A stretch of DNA of 62,000 bases, counting the filler. It is 22 parts of 22 records of this genome, joined end to end, with 100 filler letters (N's around TTAATTAATTAA, not from the genome) between each part and the next. Parts side by side here need not be neighbours in the genome. Positions count along the whole stretch, not along the records: positions 8,093 to 10,870 come from SRR16133337_77081; positions 10,971 to 13,247 come from SRR16133337_77089; positions 13,348 to 21,335 come from SRR16133337_77178; positions 21,436 to 23,586 come from SRR16133337_77342; 18 more parts are not named here. One strand, written 5' to 3'. Positions 10,759-23,686 of the stretch are shown here, piece after piece (position 1 is the stretch's first letter; each line of letters opens with the position of its first letter). Both the position numbers and the translations under genes were made by a program. Below the pieces are notes generated by a model. The model was not told the origin of the DNA. It did no database searches and saw nothing but the letters and a program-made list of their open reading frames with translations.

Positions 10759-10842
10759 ATTTTTGGAGAAATTTTTGTGGATAGCAAGACGCTATTTTTA
10801 AGCATCACAACGCTATGGTTTTCAATAGAAATAGAGCTACAA

Positions 10843-10870
10843 AATGTGGAATCGTTGAATTGTTGAATTG
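10843..10870. repeat. 8-bp tandem repeat (ATTGTTGA-like), inverse of the repeat at 1-40, running into the contig end
   Basis: aatgtgga atcgttga attgttga attg. Confidence 0.8.
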
Positions 10871-11826
10871 NNNNNNNNNNNNNNNNNNNNNNNNNNNNNN
10901 NNNNNNNNNNNNNNTTAATTAATTAANNNNNNNNNNNNNNNNNNNNNNNNNNNNNNNNNNNNNNNNNNNNTAGCCGTTATGACTGTTTCAAAATAGCCGT
11001 AGGTCACCAATTTACTGGCTCAGAAATAATTCTGCTCCCATTAGTGTTTGCAAGGGTGTGTTCTAGATTTGATAAAAATTCTTCGTGAAAACGAAAACCA
11101 ACTCCGGGGTTATGTTTTCACATTCACTCAAAAACGAACTACTTTTATTCATTCAAATTTCGCTTTTCGGAAAAAAGAGAAGGATTCGCAGAGCAGTCAA
11201 CCCGATAGTTTTAAGGCTTTCGACAATGTCTAAGTTTTCTTTGGTTTAGTACGCATATATTACGTACAAGTTTTTTTTTTAAGCCGTCACATTTTTTAAT
11301 TAAAAAATGAAGTGAAATCAAACATTTCAATTTTGAGTGTTTTTGTAGCAAAAAAATATCACATATTATCTAACTTTATACTGGCTAACATAAATGAATT
11401 TGAACAGGCCAAGGTGCTTAGGAGAGAATATTTTAGTCAAGTAGGTTTGTTCGTGTGAATAGCAGCGCGAAGCGTCTCTTTTAATCACATAATATACATA
11501 CAGTACCTACTTGGTACAATACTTCGTGTCTACGCACATTGGTCGACAACTATTGCAATTGGAATTAATACACATGTGAAATCTCAGTGTGGTTACTTTG
11601 TTGGGGGAATGGTTGTAAAAGGATTTTTTAAAAGCGTGCTTTTGATTTGGGCTCGTTTTCGAACAAAACCTTTTTTTCACAAAGATTTGTTTGGATGTAG
11701 ATTGGAACATGAAAAGCAAAATGCGAAAATCGAGGACGCCACGATTTGTCGCTTTCAAGTGTCAAAAATATTACATTGGTTTTACACTTCTACATTTCTC
11801 ATCACACAAACGTTGTGATTCTCCAA

Positions 11827-13061
11827 ATGTTCAAGTGGTTTTTAGTTTTAGAGTGTAGCTATAGTGTCATATAGTGTTTGTGTGTCTGTTTAGAGTATTA
11901 TTCGTGGGGAAATTCAGACGGCTATACAGCTTGGGTTGCTCAATATGACGCCCAATTTTCTTTTGCGTGTTCTGGATCAGATGAGATCATAACAGGAGTT
12001 TACAGTAAACATGATAATTCAAAAGAAGACAGAAGGTTCAAATACGATTGTACACGTGAGTTTTATGATTGCCTTAGATCTAACAAATGTTGGCGTCAAA
12101 ATCGCGTAATCAAATTTCTATCAAGAAGAAAAATAGACAAAACAAAATGAGAAAACAATGTACAAGGGATGTTGTGTTAGTTCGCATTTGTTTGAAAATA
12201 TTTTTCGAAATCTCGTTAAATGTCAAAAACGACGTTTTCTTTCAAGAATTCAAGTATTTGGCATTTTTTTCGTAAGTTTTAACGGAACAGTGATTTTTAT
12301 GAAAAATCTGAAAAATGACACACGGAGATGTACACACATAAATTCAGTGAAAACAACGTGTAAATTATTTTGTGGTGTAATATCCCTTACAATTGTATTT
12401 TGCATGTTCACTTATATCAAGTTAAATTAGCAAATATTTGACGAACATATCCAATTAGAACAACAAAATTTGTCCACATTTTCATAGTTTTTCGGAAAAT
12501 CCAGTGTTAAAGTTTAAAAACGCGAAAAAAATACGAAACGTTTGACATAGTTCAAATACACAAATTACCTGAATTCCCAGAAACTTTTCACATAGTAATG
12601 AAAAATAATAATTTCTTTTGAAGAATGTTGTTGCCTTGTTCGATATAAATTTTTGATTACATATCATATTTGTTACTTTAGAAATGAGTACACCTACGGG
12701 GTATGTGGAGGCTCAAAATTGCGCATATTCATCAAGCTATATAAATGATTGGGACGATCCATTTGATACGAGCTGTGGAAGTAACAAGTTTATAAGAGGT
12801 TTTCATTCCAAACATGATAATTCCAAGGAAGATAGACGTTGGAAATTGTATTGCTGTAACATGATTTGGTCAGTTACAGGCGCTGCATTGACATATTCAA
12901 CAATTACGACAAGCAGTTGGGTCAATGATTGGGACGCAATTTTTGATTATCACGTACCAACGGACAAGTGGATTGTTGGAATGGTTGGGAAACATGATAA
13001 TTCCAAGGAAGATAGGCGATATAAATTCAAATATGTATCTGTATCAACTTCTGGTAATTAA
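11827..13061 (+). CDS. Spliced eukaryotic dermatopontin / haemagglutinin-amoebocyte aggregation factor-like protein; 5' end uncertain; intron 12056-12681
   Basis: Three repeats of (S/G)KHDNSKEDRR(F/W/Y)K with N-D-W-D motifs; GTGAG donor at 12056 and TTTAG acceptor at 12681 join in frame (C|AA ATG). Confidence 0.75.
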
Positions 13062-16000
13062 CGTTTCATTGGTTAGAGGGCAGGATTTGTTTGCTCAATT
13101 TGTACTGTGATAAGAATTTCAGCTTATCAAATTTTGGACCGTTTTGTATCTTGGATTTTTAGATGTTTACCTGTAATTTAAATTTGTGTTGAAGTGATAT
13201 ATTTTTTCTTCGAATCAAATCAAAATTCGTATTTTACATATTTGATANNNNNNNNNNNNNNNNNNNNNNNNNNNNNNNNNNNNNNNNNNNNTTAATTAAT
13301 TAANNNNNNNNNNNNNNNNNNNNNNNNNNNNNNNNNNNNNNNNNNNNGGAACAAAATACAAAAATCGAAAACAATTCTTTTAACTATACATTCTTATACA
13401 TCGCTGCAAATAAGAAAGCACGAGCAAACGGAGCATTTTGAGGATTTTTCCTGCGGCGACCCTAGCAATCAAAATTGCAAAACTTGAACGAAAAGCTCCG
13501 GGGTCGTCCGAAGGGTGAGCGCGGCCGTTATGGAATGAAGCAATTTTTTGTTTCTTTCCAGTCACACACAGCCAAGGTAACTCCAACGCCTCAGTGAGGT
13601 GAGTTCAGTGGGTCACTCCACAAAACATTTTGTGCGAACATTTTGCAATTGCCCCCAGAAAAAGGATAGAAAAAGCTATTTTTGCTCTTTTGGGACCGAC
13701 TTTTCCAGCATCTTCCTGAAAGAGAAAAAGAAGGCATTCTGAGCGACGAAAAAATCATTTATTGATCGAGTACTTTACTAAACTAAAGTTGTGCTCCTCA
13801 TTTTTTGCGAAATTTCGTATCTTCTTTATTTGTGAAATCCACAATAATTTAAGAATTAACCCCAACTCTATCAATTATCTTGGGTGAAATGTTTGGTACG
13901 GCACAATTTCGAAGTGGGGCGAGTTTGAAAAATGTGGTGGTGGCGGGAAAAAAAGCGCGCCCTTCTCTGTCACAAACCTTTTGTTGTCATTTGCTGTGGA
14001 GGGACGATAGAGATGGAGAAACAAGCTTTCCAAACTTTGGTGAATTCGCACTTTTTTAATTTTTGTGTTCTGTCAGGATTATTTTCGCAACTGCCATGGT
14101 CAACTCCGAAAAAAAAAGCAAAAACAGCTTCCAAACGAAAGGAAATTGAAGCAGAAACAGATAATACGCCACCGCGCGGATGTGATGGCAATAAACTGAC
14201 TGGGTGCACCAGAAAAATGAATAGTAAGGCACCATGGATATGCTCGGATTGTGCAGAAGGGGAAATAACTCATGACAGGTTTGTGTCTGGATTTTCCCCA
14301 CTGCCACTCAACTCACACCAACATGTGACATTGAAAATTCTATTTCTGTAGCAGCAATTTCACAAATACCCACAAAACTTTTGTCAATGATTTTTACATT
14401 ACATTCTGGCGCTTTGTCACATCTTATAAATCGGTCATGAAGTGATGATGGAGATGGGAAAAAGTGTTCAAACTTGTATGCTGGTCTCGCTCTCTCTCCT
14501 CTCTAACTATTTTCCATGAAAGAACACCAACATCGTCGTTCAAATAGAGCTCTTGGTACCGCCTTATTCACTAACTGAAAAACTAATCTGTAATGTGTTG
14601 CTGTGGTTTTAGAATTGGTTTGATTTCGTTGGACCATAATTCGTTGACAACTGCACTAAAAAACGAAGCAAAATTTTTAACCGCGCCAGTACCTGCACTA
14701 AAATTAAAATATGGGAAGATAAACGCTGTCTTGATTCCATATGCAGAATACCAACGCGATGGTATAATATATCGATACATTGCATTCAACTCCAAATCTG
14801 ACAGAGATACTGTTCTCCAAAATATTATGACAATACTCCCAGCACACCACACAACACCAACGATCAAATATAAAATGACAAGGCGGAAATTATTGACTAA
14901 TTGTATGTAGCACCTATCAAGCTAATATTGTCAATTTAATTTCGATTCCGGCAAGTATTTTGCCAAACATCGGGTCGGCCCTGTGAGCACAGGTAGTTTT
15001 GTTTTGGCGCAGGGAACTTCTGAAAAACGTTGGTTTTAAACTCTTTTCCTTTTGGAAAACATGGTAAAATACGATAAATTTCAAGAGAATACTTTTTTTG
15101 TTGAAATGGTTTCATGAACACCTCTGGAATGTTACTTGCCTGGTTCTACCATGGCGAATCAGGATTGGAAAATAACATTTAGTTCTTTGGTAAAACCGAG
15201 TTTTTTGTACTAACAAAATTGAATCTTTTTAATTCTTTCTTCTGGACTTACACGTCACAAAAAAAATAAGATGTGAATTGATGAAAAACAAACCTGTGTG
15301 GTGCGTATTTGGCAAAATGAGATATAATTTTGAGATCATCTCCGCAAAATAACCCGATACCACAGCTTTGAAACCATGTGAAATCGTTACAAGAAAATAG
15401 GGAAAGGCTTACCAGAAATCAGATGAAAGGGTAAAATGAAGGAAATTATGGGAATTAAAATTAAACGCATCCTCACAGCAAATGCCCAATAAAATGTTGC
15501 TATTGAAATAATGGTGTCAGTTAAGGCTGTTGAAACTATTTCGATAACTCATCAAAACACAGCATTTTGAGAAAAGTGGTACGTAAAAAATAGTTTCATC
15601 ACAATGAATTGAGGTTAGGAGCCCAAATCTGTGCTCTATTTTCAAATATACGTTTTTTTGGTGACGTGATCAAAGATTATTTTTTGTTTCCAATAGTACT
15701 GGCTGGGTGAAATTGTTTTCCGTACTTGAACTTTGCTGCTTACTGCGTTTATTATTTAGACAATCCGCTCACAGAAAGCATTCAAAAAGAAATAGTCACA
15801 CTCTCACCTTCTCAACTTGTAAGTACCAATTTCACACATTTTCTTTCTTTCCACATAAATTACATAATGTGATGACGGATGTATTTTTCAAAAATGTTTG
15901 CTTATCTCATTTACAACACAAATACCTAGATGTGGAACCCAAAACAAAAACAGGGACACCATCTGACAGGAGATATTTTTGTTTTTCAACTAGCTCTTTA

Positions 16001-16996
16001 CCAGTAAAAATTTTCAATTCTGATAAGGATTACGAAATCTCCAGAATTGTGCTAATCAATGACAAATTGGATATTTTCTGTGTTTTATTTTTAAATGAAA
16101 CGACAATCATATCATAGGCACCAAATATTACTGGTCTGTTCTCTTGCAGGAATTCGGTATATGTACCTTTTGGGGGAAATAACTAGTCCAAAATTTAGAA
16201 ACAGGAAGTATTAAGTGTAAAATTTGAACTGGCACATCTTATTCCAGCTGGTTGAAAGGAAAAAAGATTTGTAGACAGAACCACAGCAGTTTAATACAAG
16301 CACTTGATATTACAGTGGCCCATAGTAGAATATCCGTGCGAACATAGCCAAATTTTAGTGGCTTAATGGGTAAATTGAGAAAACCAGAAGGCTATAAACT
16401 CGTGGAATTACAAAAAAACGATAGGATAGTATACATAGTTTCTCATCCGGCCCCTACAGGTGTGGGAGGATGGGGGGACTCGGGTCCAACGGACCCCGAA
16501 AATTTTCTAGAGAGGAGGTTGTGGCTTGAAAATCATCGAAATTCTTTTATTTTTCATGAATTTCACTGCTTTACTAGGTATTTAACGTAGGGTACGTTTA
16601 ATCATTCATTTTGCGAAACTCAATAGGGCTACTTTAAATAAAGAGAAGCACTTTAAGTGAGAAATACGTTATAACACGGAACTACGTTTCAACCTTCCTG
16701 GTGGGAAATTCAACAAGAATACTTTAAATAGCATTTTACGTTAAATACCAAGGGTAAAGTATATTTGTTCATGAAAACCTAATAATTTTCACTTCATGTT
16801 TATAAAGTGGACTGGAAAAAATGTGATAATGTAAGTTTTCACGAAAAACAATTCAGTCTAGTCCATCCTCTACACTGGGGTGGGTGTGTGGGGGGCATGG
16901 GAAATGAAATGAGCTGTGCCCTGTGAGGAAATTATTATTCCAGTGAGAGAGGGGTGGTGGGACTGTGGGCCCCTAGGATTTTGCGTTTGGGGGAAC

Positions 16997-17271
16997 TGAT
17001 GAGCAGGCAAAAAAAGGGTATGTCGGATTTCCTTCCATTATACATTTTGGCAACCACAGGAACTTTGTTGATCCAATTTCTCGTTGAAAAAATTCGGGCT
17101 TCATGAAAAAGTGCTCGCATTTCGTTTAACTTCGTAAGTTTTATAAATTGCAATTTTGTTTTCGTGAAGCCCGAATTTTTTCGACGAGAAATTTGACAAA
17201 CAAAGTTCCTGCGGTTGCCAAAATGTATAACCGAAGGATATTCGACATACAATTTTTTTGCCTGCTCGTCA
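16997..17271. mobile_element. Hairpin MITE with ~110-bp terminal inverted repeats
   Basis: tgatgagcaggcaaaaaaa...cgggcttcatgaaaa vs ttttcgtgaagcccg...tttttttgcctgctcgtca. Confidence 0.8.
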
Positions 17272-17313
17272 ACTATACTATACTGTACCCACGTTTTGGC
17301 TGATTTGTTTTAG

Positions 17314-20247
17314 GTGCAAGTAAATAGAGAAAAACTGTTAAAGTTACAGATTAAAAACAGCAAAGATTTCGGCATCTTGAACGAATATCAACAAAAGAAT
17401 GGCGACTTGAATTACCCCATCGATTTGAAAATTTTCGACAAAATTGAAAGCGATTACTATATGTTCAAGATTCAAAATGATACCACATCTCAACTTGTAA
17501 AAAATCATGTTATGACATGGTTGAAAAAAGTTGGAACTGAACAACAAATAAAGGATATTCAACTTGTGTTCTCGGAAAACCAGGTAATTCACAACTCTCA
17601 TTTCACCTCCCGTTTACCGTTTACGTGGTCAAATTTGACTTGAAATTTGACTCCCGCGCCTAATAGGATATGTCATTCTCAAATTGAATTCCACACATTT
17701 TCGTTGAAATTGTTGTACCGTTCATTTATTCCTAGGAAATAACGCCTTAAAGAACTCCTCCCTGTCATTTGCCTACTTTAAATCAGGTGAGTAGTTTTGA
17801 AGTGAAAAATACCCACGCATACCGTCTTTTTGCCCGAAGGATTTTTGAAGCAGCTTTTTTTTAAAAAAAAATACTCCAATGATAGTTTTTTCACAAAAAG
17901 CGGATGTAAGCCTGGGAGCTCAGGTTGGCAGGTCCAACCTCAACCGATATTCCGCGTAGTACCGTACTTGACGAGTGATCAAAACAAAAAGCCTATCTCG
18001 GACAAATTTCACGGAAGTGAGAAATCACGAGCAAATGAATTTTTTTTTTGACAAACCATTTTTTTCTTGTCAATTGAATGTAAGCTCTCCATTTTCATGA
18101 ATGAAATCGAAAAAACGGACCTTTTTTGTGAATTGTCTGAATAATTTTGAAACTACGGATTTTGAGGGCTTTTTTCTGAAAGATTCTTTTTCAGGAGAAA
18201 TGAAAAATGTGAAAAAAATCATAAAAATGTGTCGAGTGCTGAAAACAACCCACCATGTTTATTTTAGCGAAGTTAAATTGGACAAGACTGAAATATGTGG
18301 TTTGTGACAAAGCAAAATATTTTCGGACTTTTGAAAATTGTGGTCAAAATTTCATCGGAAAACGCAACATCGCGCGCGAAACGATTATCAATAAAATTGT
18401 TTCGTTGTCTTTTTTTATTTCACTTTTTGGTGTTTCTTGAGGTCATTTCTGTGAACTTGGAGTGTCCAAGTTGGTGAAGTTTACCTCTGAAAAATGAAAG
18501 AAAGAATAAACACACTGGTTCACGCACAATTATTTTTTTTTATTCACAACGACCTCAGTTTCGATTTTGAACACACAAAAAATTCCACGAAAATGAGTCA
18601 AAATGGTCACGGTGCATTTCTTGTGTCATTGCATCAGTTTTGTGAAGAAAAAAAAATTGCTCCAAGATAGGCTTTTTTTTTTGATAAATCCAGGAAAAAC
18701 TGCGATAGGCTTTTTTTTTGATCTCTCGTCACTTGTAATTCTTATGTCTTTGTTAATGTCTTTTTTTTTTAGAGCTCAGCATTTTATTCCTATTTAAAGA
18801 AATGTGAGAAGCGCAAGCACCTTCCTGAATTCCAAAAGAATTTGACGACAGAAATAAAGGATTCAAAAGAAGATACTGAGCTAAGGAACTCAACTTTGGC
18901 AACTCTTGAAACGCTTTACACCGAGGTAATAAAGTACAATTTTAGGTAATTGCGTCTTTTTACATTGGAGAAATAAAGGAGCTTGGAATATTCCAAATGC
19001 TTTTAAAAAACAGAAAGTTTCTCCTTGGGGTATGGCTATTACAACGGTATTCTATTTTCGTACAAGGCGTGGTTTTCACTTGTGACAAGCGAATGGGTCT
19101 AAATATGGGTGAATACACCCACTCAGAGCCACGAGGCAGGGTGGAGGGGATGTGGGGTGGTGGTGGAGAGGGGTGTGGGTGCAATGAATCTGCTAGAGTT
19201 TTGTGTTGCGGTTCTTTTTTTTCGAGCTAAGTTATGTAGACACAAAACTACATTAAGCTCTAAACAAATTTAATAAAAAAACTAAAATTTCGCATATTCG
19301 AAATTTTAGTAGTTTTAGTAATTTTAGTTTTTTAAGAAATTTTAGTGTTGTAAGAATTATAGAAATTTTAGTTTTTTCATGGTGCTGTAGGTATTTTTAT
19401 TTTGACGTATGTGTCTGAATATACATGTATGTATATGTAATTATAGCATTTTTAATATAATAACCCCCGCATTTCATGAACAAAATATGTGGGTGGGTGG
19501 CGGGAGGTGGTGTGGGGATGGTGGTGGGGATTGGTTGGAATATTCTCCACATGACACATAGAATTGGAAAGTTAAATGGTGGTCTCTTCGGTAATTGCGT
19601 AATGAAACAAATTGAAGGAATGTTAGCGCAGAAGGCCAAAGATTTGTTTGGTTGTGTGTTGTCGTTTTCATTTAAAATTTCCACTCAAATCTGTAATTTT
19701 TTTGAATTGCCAAAATTAAGAGAGTTCAATAAATTCTTAATAAATTTTCACGTTGTGTCTTCTAACCTAACCCTGAATCCAATAATATGTCTTATAAATT
19801 TTGAAACAAAAGTTTTCGAAAATTCTCAAAATTTAAAAATTGAAAAACGTGTTGCTAAATCACAAAAATGGTGGAATTTTTAAATTCAAACGACAATAAT
19901 TTACTGCAGTTCCCCCTGCTAATGATGAATGCACAGGTTTCAATTCAGGTTTCAATTCAAGCGCATTTTCTTTTGTACTATAGGTTAACCACAATCACAA
20001 TGTAAATATTGTTCGAGTTTGGCACGGCACCAGCGCAACTGTAGCGAAAAAAATATTGATAAATGGATTCGCTGCCTTGTCAGTACTTGACTCCGGGTAT
20101 TTTGGCAAAGGCATTTATTTTTCATCGTCGGCTGATTATGCGTTAAAGTATGCGTCGGGAAAAAGGGCGTTGATAATGTGCTATGTTATTTTATGCAATC
20201 CATTCCCTGTAATATATAAAGATGCGACAAAATACGAAGCTCCTCGG
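17314..20247 (+). CDS. Partial spliced PARP/ADP-ribosyltransferase-like gene (exons 17314-17583, 18773-18925, 19984-20247)
   Basis: Three phase-0 AG/GT-bounded open exons; the last encodes VWHGT...GYFGKGIYFS...YALKY, the H-Y motifs of a PARP catalytic domain. Confidence 0.7.
17969..18731. mobile_element. Intronic non-autonomous DNA element with ~28-bp TIRs
   Basis: tgacgagtgatcaaaacaaaaagcctatc vs gataggc(t)9gatctctcgtca. Confidence 0.55.
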
Positions 20248-22047
20248 GTATGTAAGGAATCAAAAACATTGTTTTTAAACAAAAAATGACGTTTTAAAAA
20301 CATTACTGGCTGTAGTTGTAAGAAAAAAATAACTGCGCCCCTAAAACTGAGGTTTTGGTCCTATTTTCAAATTGCTTGTTTTCGATCAATTTTTGGTTGA
20401 TTTTATCTCTCTCTCTTTTTGAAAACTAAGAATCTGAATTTTGTGAAATAAAAATTTTGGAAATTTTGTGTGCTAATTGCCTCTATGAAATCGTGGTGAA
20501 AAAAGACCCAAGAAACACACAATGTTGGGCTGGGCTGGGCAAAGCACAAAAAATATTTTTTTGTGCCAAACCACAATAATTGTTTATCCCACGATCAGGG
20601 TTTTCCAACGCGCATCGTATGTGAAAATTGAAACACGTGTTGACATGTAATATTTCTTCTCCAACGGATCAGTTAGTTCTTCGCGGGAAGGTCGCCACTT
20701 TTTCAAACACATCAACATTGTATGTTTTTGAGTCATTTTTCACCGCAATATTTTTACTTGGACACTACATACACAAAAGCACTTTTGTGTCGGAACGTGT
20801 TCAACTTTTTTTTCACCTACCACAAAAAATGAAGCTACCAAAAAGGGAAAAAAGATCTTTCTAGCGACTGTGACTTGGCAAGTATTTTTCCAAGTATTTT
20901 TGTTTCTTTTCGTCTCATCACTTGTTATTTTTTCCCCTCATATACTTAAGGTAGGAGATCTACTATCGTTTTTTCGACCTTTTTACTTCAAGAAAAATGC
21001 TCGTTCTCCATGAAAAATGGGAGTTAGAAGCTAAAAATTGGGGAGTGCAATTTTCAGATAATTTGCCAAATATGAAAAAAAATTTCGCAGGGGGACAGCG
21101 TAATTTCGCAACGATTTGCGAAAATTATTTTTTCATTATGGGATAAAAGTAAGAAATTTTTTCTCAAAATCCACCGAACGGATGTTTTCTAAATTCACAT
21201 ATTTAACATATTTTTACTAGTACTTTCCATCAATTAAGTATGAAAAAATTTTAACTCATACATCGCGAGAAAAAATAAATTATGTGAAAAACAATGGCTT
21301 TTTGACGTTTTTTTGTGAAAAATTCACTTTTCACANNNNNNNNNNNNNNNNNNNNNNNNNNNNNNNNNNNNNNNNNNNNTTAATTAATTAANNNNNNNNN
21401 NNNNNNNNNNNNNNNNNNNNNNNNNNNNNNNNNNNGTATTTGGAGTGGCCTTGTCATCAACTTGCTGTTTCAAAAAAGCCGTTAACTACTTTCGTGAATA
21501 AAGTATACCGTCTGCGCGCATCGCTGTTCAGAAGGGGCGCTACATTTGAACAAATCTCCTTTGAAGACGTGATTCCTTCCCAAAAATGGAAAAAAAATCG
21601 AGGATTTTGTTCAAAACCAAACTGCTTTTTTTTTACATCAAATTTTTCAAATTTTTCTTCAAAGAAGGAGATGTGAACCACAGCAAATGTCAAATGTGAA
21701 GAGTGGCAGCTTGGTGGATACTTTTAACGCAATTTTAATTCTCGTTCCTCAGACAGTGCATCACCTTAATTAATGCAATTGATCCCCCTTTTTTTGACAA
21801 CAAGCTTTTTGGTCAAAACTGACATGAATTCAAACCATAAGTGAAACAGTCGAGTAAAAAATTTGAAGTACGCACTACGCAAAACAAGCAACGTAACAAA
21901 CAAGCATTCTCTAGATATTTTGAACCGCACAAAATTTTTAGGGAAATCAATTTTCAAGTGATAATCTACACGCAAAATCAAAGATTTTTTTTGTAATCAA
22001 ACAACCAATTTGCACATCTTTTTCTCCGTAAAAAGTTGTATTAAGAA

Positions 22048-22876
22048 ATGGCGGAACCAGAGCCAACAGAAGAAGTTGAACCAATAAGCTCAAGTGCTCC
22101 CGAACCAGCTGTTGATGAGCCAGTTACAGACGCACCTGAAGGTGGTGCGGTAGGAGGCGATAATGAACCTGCTGTACCTGCGTCTGCTCCAGTTGTGAGT
22201 GGTGACGGAAATGAGTCTGGTGCACCGGGTGGCGATGGAGACAATGTCACAACAACTCCTGACACCCCCTCTGCTGCGGTTGTCAATGACTGCCGCTTGC
22301 ATGTTAGCAATCTTAAGTGGGCAATTAATGACCAGCAATTGCGTGTAAGTATTGTATTCACGATGAAAGGTTTGACAACACCCACTTTTCAAAATGGGTG
22401 GTGGGCGTTTTTGCGGAATGTGAAAAGAGCTGGTTTGAATTTTCGCACTTTTTTGGACTGTTTTCGTCCAAAAATATTTATATTTCGCAGTCCTGTCAGT
22501 GACAGATTCATAAGATGTGAAAACTTAAAATTTTGGCTGAAAATCAGGTCAATATTTTGGAACTATTTTTAGTTGTGGTTACTTTTTTCCCATTATCTTA
22601 TGGTCGTTGAGCACTCGTTTGTGCTGTACGCAATATCACAAAACAATAGTCATTCACTACACCAAAAAACAACACCCTATCTTTGTAGAAGACGGATTTG
22701 GATTCATCTTGTTGTGTCCAGTCCAAAAACACAACAAACGGAGATATTCTTTAATTTTCACATTTAAAAAATATCGCTCGCCACTACATTTCCTGTCTGC
22801 TTTTTTACAATTTAGGAGAAGTTTGAAGAATATGGAGCAGTCACAGAAGCACGTGTTGTGAGAGATCGGCGATTTC
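22048..22876 (+). CDS. Partial spliced RRM RNA-binding protein with acidic/Pro-rich N-terminus (exons 22048-22344, 22816-22876)
   Basis: RNP2-like RLHVSNL then QQLR|EKFEEYGAVTEARVVRDR; GTAAGT donors, TTTAG acceptor, frame preserved. Confidence 0.75.
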
Positions 22877-23686
22877 GTAAGTAAATCACACAACAGAGGG
22901 TGTGGCAAATTGTAAACTGCATCCTATGAAAGTGTTTTCTAAGGACTCACCCAGTAAAAACATAGCATTTTAAAATTCTTATTAAATAGTATGTGCTCAC
23001 TTCAATATCAGCTATAACCGACTTTAACCGGAGGTTGTGAATATTTATAAAGGGATCGGTCAGAAAAATGCGAAAGTCGTTATTTTTGCAACAAAAACAA
23101 AACAAAAAAAGTAATTAACAGCCTTTACTCTTGCAAGAACGTGGATTCTCTCTAAGTGATGTTCTTTTTTTCATATATCAGCAACTTTCTTTTCGTTACA
23201 GGTTCTGAACATTTTGTGATTGATAAAACTTCTGTATTAGAAATACTAAAACGTTTTTGTATGCGCGTGGATGTTTAGAAAGCCCGCGCTGCTGGGCATA
23301 ATTAATTTAGGGTGGTGGAGGGGAAAAGGAAGTTATAAATTCGATTTGCCACTACCAAAGAATTGGATCGGCCATCCGCAAAAATCTGTGTGAACGATCT
23401 TTTTTTTTTAAAAAAAGGTGGTTTTGGTTATTTTATGCGAAATCTGTTTTTGTGTTTTTTAATTGAGTGTCTAGTGAGTTTTTTGTGTTTGAGGACAGAC
23501 TTTCAGATGCGCAAAACATTGGTGGCTTGTGAATTCAAATATGTCGATGTCAAAATATTGTTTGATTTTTTCAAATGCCCAATGGTNNNNNNNNNNNNNN
23601 NNNNNNNNNNNNNNNNNNNNNNNNNNNNNNTTAATTAATTAANNNNNNNNNNNNNNNNNNNNNNNNNNNNNNNNNNNNNNNNNNNN

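Noticed and set aside
11872-11874. Stop-codon reassignment (TAG/TAA read as sense) in the eukaryote
   Set aside because: The other confidently spliced exons (PARP, RRM, SPRY, Cys-rich) are open in the standard code, and the same gene ends in TAA
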